Origin: Callorhinchus milii
Taxonomy: Eukaryota
Assembly: GCF_018977255.1 (NCBI RefSeq)
Contig: NW_024704742.1
Coordinates: 68,202,001-68,266,000, forward strand
Direction of reading: 5' to 3'
Length of the DNA: 64,000 nt
This document shows positions 26,280-38,429 of the stretch, piece after piece; position 1 is the stretch's first letter, and every line of letters starts with the position of its first letter. Under the pieces are notes generated by a model. The model was given only the letters and a program-made list of their open reading frames with translations, was not told the DNA's origin and ran no database searches. Position numbers and translations under genes: made by a program.

Positions 26280-26805
26280 CTCCAGTGCCCTCCTCGCCGG
26301 TATCCTCAGCTCCACTACCCACAAAATCCAGTTAATTCAGAACACCGCCACCCACATAATCACCGTTACTAAACTCTGTGCCGCCATCACACCAGTTTGG
26401 GCCAGGCTCCACTGACTCCCTATCACCAAATGAATCGATTTCAAGCTCCTCACACTCATCTTCAAATCCCTTCATGCCCTGGTACCACCTTACCTCTCCA
26501 ACTGCTTACGCCCCAACTCACTACCCATTGCTTCCACCTGACTGGCTTCATCCTCTTGCTTGTCCCTCGTGCCCTACATTCCACCATCAGCGACTGCATT
26601 TCCAGTCACGATACCTTGAAACTCTGGAATACTCTCCCTGAATCCCTCCACCTTGCCACTTCCTTCCCTATCTTCAGGTCACGCCTGAAGACCATCCGTA
26701 AGCACGGTCAACCCTTGGTTTGGAGGCAGGCTCCACCACTGTCAAGCGCTATGATATGCTACCCTGTGTGAGGGGTGCCATATAAATGCAAGTTATTGTT
26801 GTTGT
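26280..26805 (+). mobile_element. L2 LINE 3' fragment (degenerate)
   Basis: Similar to the other L2 3' copies; ataaatgcaagttattgttgttg tail. Confidence 0.8.
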
Positions 26806-28124
26806 AATACTCCCAGGCTGAGGTGAGCAGGATGAGGGTCTTTGGGGAAGAGAGTCTGCACTCCACACCAGACAAAAGGAAATCAGGGATATGTAGAACT
26901 CTCAGTATTGTTTGAAGACTCTTGCGCAGGGTTCTGGGTTTCTGTGTGTGTAAGACACCGGGCTGAATGAAAAAAGTTCAATCATCACTGTTCTGATATT
27001 CAAATCAGGTCACAAGCACTGTTGCCTCTCCCTAACTTATCAGGTCTGTTCTGTCGCTCTTGTCCTCCGCTTTTCTGATTGTTCCTCACTCCTTCCATCC
27101 CACTCTCTGTGGCTGAGTGTCCAGCTTCTATGTACCCACTCTCTGGAGCTCTCCCCCCACCTCCCCCCCATTCCTTTTGCCTTGCACTTTCTCTCCCTGC
27201 CATTAAAACCCCCTTTAAAAGATTTCAAATGCAAGGATTATTATTATTTATTGTTGTCAGCCATGCTCCTTTGGTGGGGACAGCCTGGCTCATTTGGTGG
27301 TACTCTCATCTCTGATTCAGATTGTTGTGGGTTCAAGCCCCATGTCAGCACTGAGACAGGCTGACACTAACTGAGCCAGACCGGCCTCTGCTCTCAATTT
27401 GGGAGGGAGTTCTGGCTGATAATGGAGTCTTGCCTCTTTGCATATTCCTGTCTCTATAAAGCGCTCCGAGACATTACCCGACATGGAGGATGCTTCATAA
27501 ATGCATGTTGTTGTAACATGGCGACGTAATGGATCCTCAAATGGATTCATGTACCATTTGGATCGTAATCTTCTTATATAACGCACAATTCAAATCACAT
27601 TGGAAGTGGAGAAGGTTTTACTGGGAAAGGGATTACTGTGTTTTTGAGCAGCAAAGATTTCTGATCAACATACTTAACCCCAGCACATGTTACAATGTGC
27701 CGAGCACATTCAGTTCCTGTTGGCAGCAAATCTGTTTCAGGAATGAAGAATGTTAACACTAACTTCTGCAATCTTACAACACGGTTTTCTGCCTGGATTA
27801 CCAAGACATCTTTCTTGTGCATTTTCCTCTGAGAACTTTCCAATTCGATCATGCTTACGGCCACCTCCATTTGGTATAATGCCTTATAATATCGTTGAGC
27901 CGTCTCAGAGCCCTTCACAGGATTTCCTGTGTATTTGTAGGCAGCATAGCAGCCAATTTGACTGCAATGTCCCACAAACAGCCATGAAATAATTGATCAG
28001 TTTTTAAATCTGAGGGATTGATTGGCCAGGACACTGGGAGAAACTCTGTTCTCTTGATGTAATAGACATGCCATTGGCATCTTTAATGTCCACCTGAACA
28101 GGCAGATGGGACCTCGGTGTATTG

Positions 28125-28762
28125 TCTTTACTTAATCTTCGTGGACCTGCTCTTGCCTGGTTCGATTCCTATCTCTCTCACCGTCTTCACTTTGTTGCTT
28201 CTAACGGTTTCTCCTCCAGCCCCTGCACTGTCACGTCTGGCGTCCCTCAATGCTCTGTCCTTGGCCCTCTCCTCTTTAATATTTACATGCTCCCCCTTGG
28301 TGACATCATCCGCAGACATGGGTCAATTTCCATATGTATGCGGATGACACCCAACTCCGCTACTACCTCACCCCTCAGGCCGCTGAAACTCTTGTTCATG
28401 CCTTCATCACCTCCAGGCTCGACTATGCAAACGCTATGCTTGTCAGCCTTCCTCCCTCCTCCCTCCACAGGCTGCAGATAATCCAGAACTCTGCAGCCCA
28501 TGTCCTCTCCCATTGGTGGATGAGCTTTCAGCCACTCTGCCCCCAACCTCTGTAAATTCCATCCCCCAGTCACGCTACCTCGCCCCCTCCTTAGCCTCCT
28601 TCAAGTCTCCTCTTCGACCGTGCCATCGGTCACCCTCCTTCCCCTCCACTCCCTTCTCCCCCCTTGACCCCAGCTCAGATCTGAAATGCTGTACACTGTC
28701 CAGCACTTTGAGACATCCTCCCAACGTGAAAGGCGCTATACAAATGTAATGTTGCTGTTGTT
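28125..28762 (+). mobile_element. L2 fragment with internal deletions, nested in a DeuSINE
   Basis: [28 protein letters not shown] and [12 protein letters not shown] blocks joined across deletions. Host SINE pieces on both sides (~27850-28118 and ~28763-28880). Confidence 0.85.
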
Positions 28763-30617
28763 GTCTCATCCAAGGGATGGCACCTCTGACAATGCACCAA
28801 TCCCCCAGCGCTGTACTGGAGTGTCAGCCTAGATGATGAGTTCAACGTGTCAATGCGGGGCTTGAACCCACAAATTTTTGAGGTTACGGTTGGAGCAACA
28901 CATTCACCTCCCTCCCCCGCCCCCATCTCCTGCCCCTTTCTCCAAGACAGATATGAGGGGGGTGGAGGTCGGGGGAGGAACAGACGGATTAAGAGGTGAA
29001 GGGAAATTTACAGAGCATAGCGAGCGGCAAGGTATCTGAGCTTGATGCTGTGATGGGAAGATGGAAGACCAATGTTCTGGAAATACAATTCCATTGGGTG
29101 TTCTTCATCCAAACCTCACTTGTGATCAAATCGGCATCCTGCCTCTGTCACAACTAATTACACTCTGGAGGCACCTTAAACATCTAACCAGGTGCCTGGG
29201 CTTTAAACAGGCAGCAGAGTTGAGAGCGAGGGAGCTGGCCACCTGCGTTACACAATCAGCCACCGCTGTTTGCCCCTAGAATGTAGTAAACGACCTCTCA
29301 CACACAGCGCAGCGCTCACTTTATTTCAAAAGCTCATTAACTGCCCATTGTTATGCATTATGTAATGCTGTTTACTGCTTGTTGAGGTTTGTGTTTTCAG
29401 TCTGCTTATCAATGCCTGGCACCTGTCTGTGATGGGAGGAAGTCAGGTATGAAGGGAAGTTGGGGTGGGCAGCGGGGGGTGAGTAAGAGAAGAGTGACTG
29501 ACTGGATTAGAGAGAGTTTTGAGCTCAGTTAGATCCTAATTCCCCGGGTTGATAAGGGAGTTAGGAATTTGGAATTCTCCTCTCTTCCCTCCGCTACATT
29601 ACAGTTTAAGCTCACAGTCCAGGCTGACCCTCCAGTGCAGTGTTGGGTGAGTGCATTATTGCGAGAGGTGCTGTCCTTTGTATGAGACAATAAACTGAGA
29701 TTCCATCTGCCTGTTCAGGTGGATGTTAAAGATCCCTTTAACCATGTATATTCCTCGGCTCATTCTTATATATCCCCAGCCTCGTCTTTGTATAATTCCA
29801 GGCTCGAGAATTGTTTAATAAGAACAGCTAAGCTAGGTTAATAGGGTCGGGTGCACGGAGAGCCGGACAGTCAGATTGACAAACTTGACCACACCCTCTC
29901 TTCACCCCCTCTCTCCGCAGACCCCTCAGGATCCCTCGGTTTAATCCCAGTTTGTCTGACATTGACTGTCTGCAGCCCCCACTGGGCAAGCCTTGACAGA
30001 CTGTTTTGTGACAGTTCTGGGTCGAGCTGCTCAGACACAGCCCCGCTCAGCAGCAGTGAGCACCCTCCCTCCTACAGGCAAGTTCTCTGTCGCTCTGTGA
30101 CTGTGCAAGTTTGGTTACATTTGATGATGATTTGGGGCTCTTTTTAACCTGGGCACGTAGCTTGTTTGGGTGTATTTTGTGGGGGCAAATCTGCAAGGGC
30201 TGTCATTCCAAAAGAAGCTGTGCCTGTTGTTCGTATCTTATTTTAGGGGCTGAAAGCGCAGTCACTGATGGTGGAATGGAGGGCACAAGGGACAAATGGG
30301 AAGCTTTCAGCCATTTCGTCCCGAAGCTCTAGAACACTCTCCCTCAATCCCTCCGCCTTACCTCATCCTTCCCTATCGTCAGGTTGCGCCTGAAGAGCTT
30401 ACTCTTTGACCATGCCTATGGTCAACTCCTCCCAGCTCAGCGTCTTGCTCCGCCACTGTCAAGCGCTCTGGGCGTTACCCTTCATAAAGGCACTATGTAA
30501 TTATTATTATAGATGATTATGCCATTGAAATTCACAGCAAAACTGGAATACAAAAGAAGTAAACTTAAAAGCATAGCCCGAGTACTCCCTGGCGTTGTGA
30601 GATATAATAATAATAAT

Positions 30618-30830
30618 TAGTATATTTGTGGGCGAAACGCGGCAGCCAATTGCGCACAGCAGTGTCCCACAAACAGTCGTGTATTGAAAATAACCAATTT
30701 ATTATTGGAGGGATTATTATTAGGGGTGTGGAGTAAGGAAACTTACCCAAGGTTTCGCCCTGCCTGGAATTGAACCCAGGTGGTGTCTCGCTTGCAAAGC
30801 GAGTGCTCTAACCACTGAGCTACAGGATTC
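30618..30830 (-). mobile_element. SINE2, short subfamily (tail missing)
   Basis: Head and body nearly identical to 20049-20365. Confidence 0.85.
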
Positions 30831-31463
30831 CTATATATATATCCTATTCATATAGGATTCATATATATTCATATATTCGTATATATCCTATCTTATTTAT
30901 ATGTCATATGAATGATATACTTCGCTAAAAGAGTAATCATCTCTGGAAAATCAAGGTCAGTAGGTTCAATCAGTCCTTACTGGTGTTTATAATCTACGTC
31001 AGCCTCCACCCATCATAATCCCTTCTCCCTCACGTCCCTATTCCCTTCGTCATCATGTATGTATGCATGTATGCATGCCTACATGTAAGCGTATGTATGT
31101 ATCAGCACCTTGGGACGTCCTCCTGACATGAAATGCGCAATACAAATGTAATACCCCCCTTCCTCTCCCTTCCCTTCGCACTCCCTGACCCCAGCTCGGG
31201 TCTGAAATGCTGTGCACTGTCCAGTGCCTCACGACGTGAAAGGCGCTATTCAAATGTAATCTTGTTGTTGTTGTTATAAATTCACACTGTTGATCTGGAT
31301 CTTAATAGGATTGTGTCCTGGTCGACAATCCCCCATATAAAGTTAATCACTTCATGGCTGTTTGGAAGACATTCCTGTGTGCAAATTGGCTGCTGTGTTT
31401 GCCAACAAAATACAGAGGGAGGCACTACACTTCACAATAAATCCTGTGGAGTGCTTTGAGTCG

Positions 31464-31885
31464 CTATATAGCACCCTTCACCTGGGAGTCTGATGCTGAA
31501 GCAGGGAGAGGGATGAGGTGACTGTACGCACAGTTGAAGAGGAAGGTCTTCAGCGATGGTCTAATACAGGGGAAAGAGGGGGCAAGGCAGAGGGATTGGG
31601 GAGAGGTCCAAAGCTTCGGGGGCATAGTGGCTAAAGACTCAGCCACTGATGGTCCAGAGGAGGGGATGAGGGAAAATCAGGAGGCCAGAGCCAACGGAGC
31701 GGAGGCAGATGGTAGTGGAGTGGGAGAAAGGAAGTCGGAAAGGTAGGGAGGTGCCAGGGCATGAAGAGATTTGTAGACAAGTGAGAGGATCTGTGATAAG
31801 GAGGTAGTGGGGTCTGCCGAGAACTGGTGTGATCGGGTTACGGAGTTTAGTTTGGGTGAGTATGCAGGCAGCGGGACTTGCTGCA
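31464..31885 (-). mobile_element. L2 LINE 3' fragment
   Basis: ILSLVYKSLHALAPPYLSD and LKTFLF motifs on the minus strand. Confidence 0.8.
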
Positions 31886-32803
31886 TTCTACTGTGATTTC
31901 ACGTGATGAAAGTCAAAGTGTCCCACATTGGGTGAAATCTGAATTCAGGCCATGACATAAATGGGCCGTGACATAAATGGGAAACCCTGCCCAGGAGCTG
32001 AAGGGCATCTGAGTCACATCGTCCCTTCATTAGGAGATGACTTATTCTCAGCTACTGTGCCTCACTTCCCTCTCACCTTCCTGATGACGTGCTCTACAAC
32101 TGTCCCTGAGAAACTTTCTGCCTCACCTGAGGCAGAGTTGTAACACTCCGTCCAGTTAAGAAGTATTAATATGATTTATGCCTTACAAGCCACAAATAGA
32201 ATAATAATAAATAATAATCCTTGCATTTGATATAGCGCCTTATCACGTCGTTGAGACATATCAAAGTGCTTCACAGAATGTATTGCAAAGTGGAGTGACT
32301 TGTGTATTTTGTGGGCGAAATGTGGCAGTAATGTTCCGCAGTCATGGATTGAGTGCCTTTCACATTGGGAGGATATCCCAAAGTGCTGAACAATCCTGGC
32401 CTTGCACCTGAACTGGCCATGGAAGCAGAGTAGGGTGGGAAGGCGAAAGGTGCCTGAAAACATGGCCAATGAGGTGGGTCTTGAGATGGACCTTGAATTA
32501 AGTGAGAGAGGGAGTGAGTCAAAGGAACTCGGAGAGTATTCCAGATAGGCTGAAGCCCGACCACCAATGGTGGGGTGAGTAGAGCAAGTTTATTACACCT
32601 TATCACATCAAAATGTATTCAAAGGACTTTGAAGTCATTACTGTTCAGTGCAGTGATTGCTTCTGAAGGCAAAAAGTCCAGTTCGTCCCACAAACAGTCA
32701 ATTTTACTTGGACAATTGTTGGCCAGGTCACCAAGATCTGAATATATGAGATCTTCAGGATCCCAACGGCAACATGAATAGGCAGGCTCTCTTTAACATT
32801 TAT

Positions 32804-33165
32804 GGAGTGCTGCAGTGTATTGGTTAGTTCGCTGCCCTCACAAGCGAGAGGAACTGGGTTTGATTCCCAGGCAGGGCGAAACCTCAGGCAAGTTTCCTTA
32901 CTTATGTTTACTTATCAGTACATAGGAACCCAGTTGTTAGCCGATTGGCAGAACACTTTATGGAGGTAATAAGCCCTCCAAAAAAAATAATAATTTGGTC
33001 GCTCAATTCACGACTGTTTGTGGGATACTGCTGTGCACAATTGGCTGCCACGTTTCTCCCACAAAATACAGTCAATTCACTTTACAGTATATGCTGTGAA
33101 GCTCTTTGAGATGTCTCAATGACTTGATAAGGCGTTATTTCAAATGCAAGGATTATTATTATTAT
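32804..33165 (+). mobile_element. SINE2, long subfamily, nested in a minus-strand DeuSINE (~32560-33285)
   Basis: Host tttaacat...atctcatctaaaggacggcacc is split by the insertion. Confidence 0.85.
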
Positions 33166-34221
33166 ATCTCATCTAAAGGACGGCACCTCTGAAAACGCGC
33201 TGCGCTAGCAATCTCAGCTGAGACTATGAGCTCAAATATCTGACACAGAGGAAATAGTGTTATCAACTGAACCAGGCTGAATGATCACTTGGTCAATCCA
33301 CATGAATAAAGTTGGCTTCAAGGTGGTTGAGGCCAGGATACTGGGCCTCATTCAAAAATAAGCCGGATCTTAAGTTTGAAACTCCTCCTGTGTAAGTGTG
33401 TGTGTGTGTTCAGCACAATTCTGTGACTTTGGTAGTGTACAAAACTGCACACACCTGCATTGCTGCAACTTCACATAAATCATTCTAAAGCCATCACTAA
33501 AAGGATCTGTGCACTTTAATTTTAACTTGACTGGGGCATCTGAACACGTCACTGAAATGCTTATTGTAGCGCTTTCCAGCGGCTGGCCCTGTGTTCGTTC
33601 CAGCAGCTTTATTAATTGAGCACTTTCAAACGAAAATAGAAGTGCAGGCACTGAACACGTGATAGGATTGCATCGCTGTTTAGCCTCAGTGATGGTGTTT
33701 GGCAGGAAATAAAATTAAAGTCATTCTCTGTGACTTTAACTATATATAGGTCTTATCCTCCATTTCCCACCACATTAGGTAAACATTTCTGACAGCGGAC
33801 ATTGAGATTTAGTTTACAGACCAAAAGCAGGGCAGCCTGCTCCTGTCACATGGTGGACTTTGTAAGTTATATAAAAGTTATATAAAAAAAATTATATCAG
33901 TAAAGTATTCAGATACTACCTGTTACTGATCTTGTTGAGTTAATGCGGTCCAATACATGCTTTGATCCCAACAGCTACAATTTGCATTTATTTAGGACCT
34001 TTCATGTCCAAAGGATGTCCCACGGCGCTGGACAGTCGAGGGTTTGAACAAGAGCTGGGGGGTTAGAATCAAGAGGGGTGGAAGCTATGGGGGTTGGCTG
34101 AAGGTGTGGTCAAAGAGGAAGGTCTTGAGATGGGCCTTGAATCCTGTTTACAGACTTGCTACTCTGTCCTGCCAATGAGCTCCAGCTAACCCCAAGACCT
34201 AACGGGTAGCTGGGAAGATTG

Positions 34222-34600
34222 ATCCTCACCCGTCTATTCAAATCCCTCCAATCCTCTGCACCCCCCTACCTCTCTGACCTCTCTCCTCAAAACAGTACCC
34301 GTCACCTTCATTCCTCTGGGTCTGGCCTCCTTCTCGTCTCCCGAGTCCTCCACTCCACCCTCAGCGGCCGTGCCTTCAGCCACTATGCCCCGAGGCTCTG
34401 GAACTCTCTTCCTCACTCCCTTCGCCTCTCCCCTTCTCTTCCTATTTTCAGGTCTCTGTGGAAGACTTTTCTCTTTGACCGCGCCTTTGGTCACCTTTCC
34501 CCCCCCGGCTCGTCCCTGAGATCCATTACTGTGAAGCGCTCTGAGATGCCGTCCGGCATGGAGGGCACTATATAAATCCAAGTTGTTGTGGTTGTTGTTG
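34222..34600 (+). mobile_element. L2 LINE 3' fragment flanked by a 78 bp inverted repeat
   Basis: APPYLSDL...GRAFSHYAPRLWNSLP...KTFLF; (GTT)n tail. Confidence 0.88.
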
Positions 34601-35239
34601 AATGAGACAAGGGAGGGTCACACTTCACGAACAGTCAATGTCTTTATTATCAACTGGCCTTGTTGCTAACCCTAGCAATCTTCCCAGCTACCCGTTAGGC
34701 CTTGGGGTTAGCTGGAGCTCATTGGCAGGACAGAGTAGCAAGTCTCTAAACAGCAGTGCTTTGGAGTATTGTGGACTGCCAGGCTCAGGGATCGAACTAT
34801 CGTGGATTCCCTTAGTGTAGTGCTTAGGGTGCTCGCCTCGCAAGCGAGAGAACCCAGATTCAATTCCCGGGTGGAATCTTAGGCAAGTTTCCTTGGTCCA
34901 CACGCCTCTGTTTACCGAGCAGTAACTAGAAACCCAGTTGTTAGTTGATTGGCGGATTGCTTTCCGGGGGGTATAATCCCTCCAAAGCAAATTGTTAGTT
35001 GGTCCCAACAACAACAAATTGCATTTGATTTTGCGTCTTATCACATTGTTGAGACGTCTCAAAGCGCTTCACAGAATATGTTGAATAGCGAATTGATTGT
35101 AGATTTTGTGGGTGAAATGCGGCAGCCAATTGCACACAGCAGTGTCCCACAAACAGTTTTCAACTGAGTGACCAAATTATTAATATATTTTTTGAAGGGA
35201 TTATTAACCCCTGGAAAAAAAAATCTGAATCCATCTGGT

Positions 35240-35660
35240 TTGCAGAGGGAGCGAGCGAGTGAGCGAGCAGTGCAGCTGGGCTTTGCTGTTGCTCTGTGTG
35301 TTTACATAGCTGGTGGTGCTGAGTGAAAAAAGCAAGTTATGTGGAAACGGCTCAGCCAGTCAAAGGCAGGACTGGGACATGTGTGCTGTGGCTCGCCCTT
35401 GGCTCCCTCCCAGCCTTTCTGTGTGTGAATCTGGTGTGTGCTTAGAGCAATCCTATTCCCTTCATACTGATAACCCCGCGAACAGTGACTGACTGACATT
35501 GTCCGTGTGTGAATCCCCTGAACCTTTTTGAATTCAATTTAATTCCCTAAATCACACACACGCAAAGACAAATTAAAAGATGGATTCAGGAATGAACGAG
35601 CCATAACTGTGGATTCTGCAGACTTAAGGTAAAGCTGCAACACAAGAAGAGCGCGTTAAG
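35240..35660 (+). promoter_or_regulatory. Candidate promoter / non-coding first exon of LZTS3
   Basis: TE-free island with (GAGC)n, retained CpGs and two donor-like sites, AAG|gtaaag (35628/9) and AAG|gtatga (35660/1). No transcript evidence available. Confidence 0.3.
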
Positions 35661-36044
35661 GTATGACTTACTTGTATTCTCTTGAATTCTGTGATCCAGG
35701 TACTAAAGTGAAAGCAAAGCTGAGTGTTCAGTGGAAAAAATAAGTTTATTTCCATGACAGAAGGGGGCTGAGAGGGGGTGGTGAGAGAATGATTTGCTCT
35801 GTAACAAACATTGACCCTCCTTGTGATCCCTGCAATCTTACCGAGCGCTGTGTGGTGCTGTGCCTTTCTGTGGGGATCAGTTTACAACTGTCTCACATCT
35901 GCTGTGAATGTTTTCCTGCATTGGAAATCTTTATTGTCCCGAAAGTAAAGGAGAATTTCAGAAACGCATGTGGGCGTGTGTTTTAGTGGGCAGTTTGCAT
36001 TTCGCATCGGGCAAGATTCCATTCAGCAAGTCAGTGAGTTATTT

Positions 36045-36560
36045 GTGTGAGCGTTAGTGTGTGATTGCATGTGTGTGTGAGTGTATATGTGTGTATGTGT
36101 CAAGTCAAACCACTTTACAATTTATTTTGTGAAGCGTTTTGAGACATCTCAAGGCACCATATCAAATGCAAGGATTATTATTAATATTATTATTATTATT
36201 ATGCGTGTACGTTACTATGTGTGTGTTAAGTGTGTGAGTACATATATATGTGTGTGTGTGTTAGTGTGTAGGTGTATGTGTGTGTATATTTATGTGTGTG
36301 TGCATTAGTGTGTGAGTATATATATATGTGTGTGAGTGTGCTAGTGTGTGAGTGTATATAATTGTGTGCGTGAGTGTATATAAATGTGTGTGTGAGTGTG
36401 TGTGTATTACTATGTGACTATATATGTGTGTGTTAGTGTGTGAGTGTATATATATGTGTGTGTGTGTGTTTATTAGTATGTGACTATATATGTGTGTGTG
36501 AGTGTGTTAGTGTGTGAGTGTATATATATATATGTGTATTAGTGTGTAAGTGTATGTGTT
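36045..36560 (+). repeat. (TG)/(TA)-rich degenerate microsatellite with an embedded SINE tail
   Basis: Low-complexity tract. Confidence 0.9.
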
Positions 36561-37404
36561 CTTGTATGGGTAGGGATGACTGTTTTGCAATATATGTAAA
36601 AACAAATGTCAGTACAACAGTGCCAACCCACCCCCCAAAAAAGCGGTTAAACACAAGACCCTGAAAATGTAAATTGCAATTTTTGAATTTAAAGTGTTGA
36701 AATCGTCTTTAGAGTTGGGGATGGCTATCCTCCTGGGGGGTGGGGGGGGGTGGGGAGGAGGAGATACGTGGGATATCTGACCCTCTTGTGGTTGTCTCCG
36801 CAGTCCAGTTCATGAGCCCTGGTGGGTCCACTGTGCTCCAGGGCACTCGTCCATGTGTAGGTGGCGTACATATGTGGAACTCTCAGCACTGGTTTGGATA
36901 GTCTTAAACATGGCTGTGGGGGTGCCAGACACACGACTGACCAAACCAAAAAATGCCATGGGGGATGTAGTGTGTGGGGGAAGGGGGGGGGGGGCAGGTG
37001 TGTGTGGCGGCGGGGGAGAGGGGTAAAAAATACAATTTAAAACTAAAATGACCACCGAAATGGTACAGTAATTTCAGTTTAGCAGGCAGACTGCTTGCTG
37101 CTGGGTTGAGTCTGTGCCAGAGTTACGTACAGACGGAGCCTTTTTTTTAATTAAAAACTTGTCTCCCAGTATCGGTCTCTCTGTGTGCCTCCCCTCCCCC
37201 GCCCCGCTCAGTTGCCTCCGTGTAAGCCACATAGCCTGACAGCTCCGAGGATCAGCGGGGCAGAAAGGCGGAAGCAAAATCTCGGAGATTCAGCTGGGCA
37301 GACATCCCACTTTGGCGGGTTGCAAAAAGCGAGATGGAATTCAAGTTCCAAATTGATGGCAGAAGGGAACTTCACTTTTTAGGGGTTTTGGTCAGATTCT
37401 AATC

Positions 37405-37820
37405 AAAATCCTTGCATTTGGTATCACGCCTTATCACAACGTCTCAAAGAGCTTCATAGGTTTTACTGTGAAGTGGAGTGACTGTATTTGTAGTCAAGTA
37501 TGGCAGCACAATTGCCCACAGCAGTGTACCACAAACAACCATAGAATGAGTGACCAATTTCATTTGGAGGATTGTTGACCAGGACACTGGGAGACTATCC
37601 TTCTCTTCTTAAATAGCATCATGGTATCTTTAATGTCCACCTGAACAGGCAGACGGGATCTCGGTTTAAACTCTCATCTGGAACACGGCGCCTGCAACAA
37701 TGCAACAACCCCCAGCGCTGCATCAGAGTGTCATCTTAGACGATGTGAATTCAAGTCCCGACGTGGGATTTGCACCCACAACCTTCTGACTCAGGCGAGA
37801 GTGCTACCATTGAGCCAGGC
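37405..37820 (-). mobile_element. DeuSINE, full length
   Basis: Complete reverse-complement head, Deu domain and tail. Confidence 0.82.
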
Positions 37821-38429
37821 ATACTCCCACAGCCATGCTTAAAAGAGTACGCAAACCAGACTAAGGGTTTCCACACGTGTAAGCCACTTGGCGTAGAGAA
37901 GTTTCTCTGTGTATGGAATAGAATGTGCACTCTCTTCCTGGACACATGCACCGTGCTTATCAAATAAAGTATTAGGCACAGGTTTATTAGGCCAAGAATT
38001 GGGGATCCCAGAGATGGGGTTTAACCAGCTAAATCCACATAGGTTATCATTGAGACTACTGACTGGCAGTCTTCACACTGTTTGTCCATCCTTCCAATTA
38101 GAACTTTTAACAGGTTAACAACAAGAAGTTACATTTGTAAAGCACCTTTCAAGTAGGGAGAATATCCCAAGGTGCTGGACAGTCAGGATTTGCCCCTGAG
38201 CTGAGGGTTGGGATCTGGAAAGGTGGAGGGCAGGGAGGGAGGAGGGTGCCGAGGGGGCAGTCGAAGAGAAGAATCTTGAGATGTGCCTTGAAGGAGGCAT
38301 GGGAGAGAACGAAGCAAAGGGAATGTGGGCAGAGATGCTGAGCGCCCGACCACAGATGGAGACAGGTTAAGTAGAAAGATTCCTTGCTTCCAGTGACTAG
38401 TCTGCGTCTCCAAGTTATACGTCATCAAC

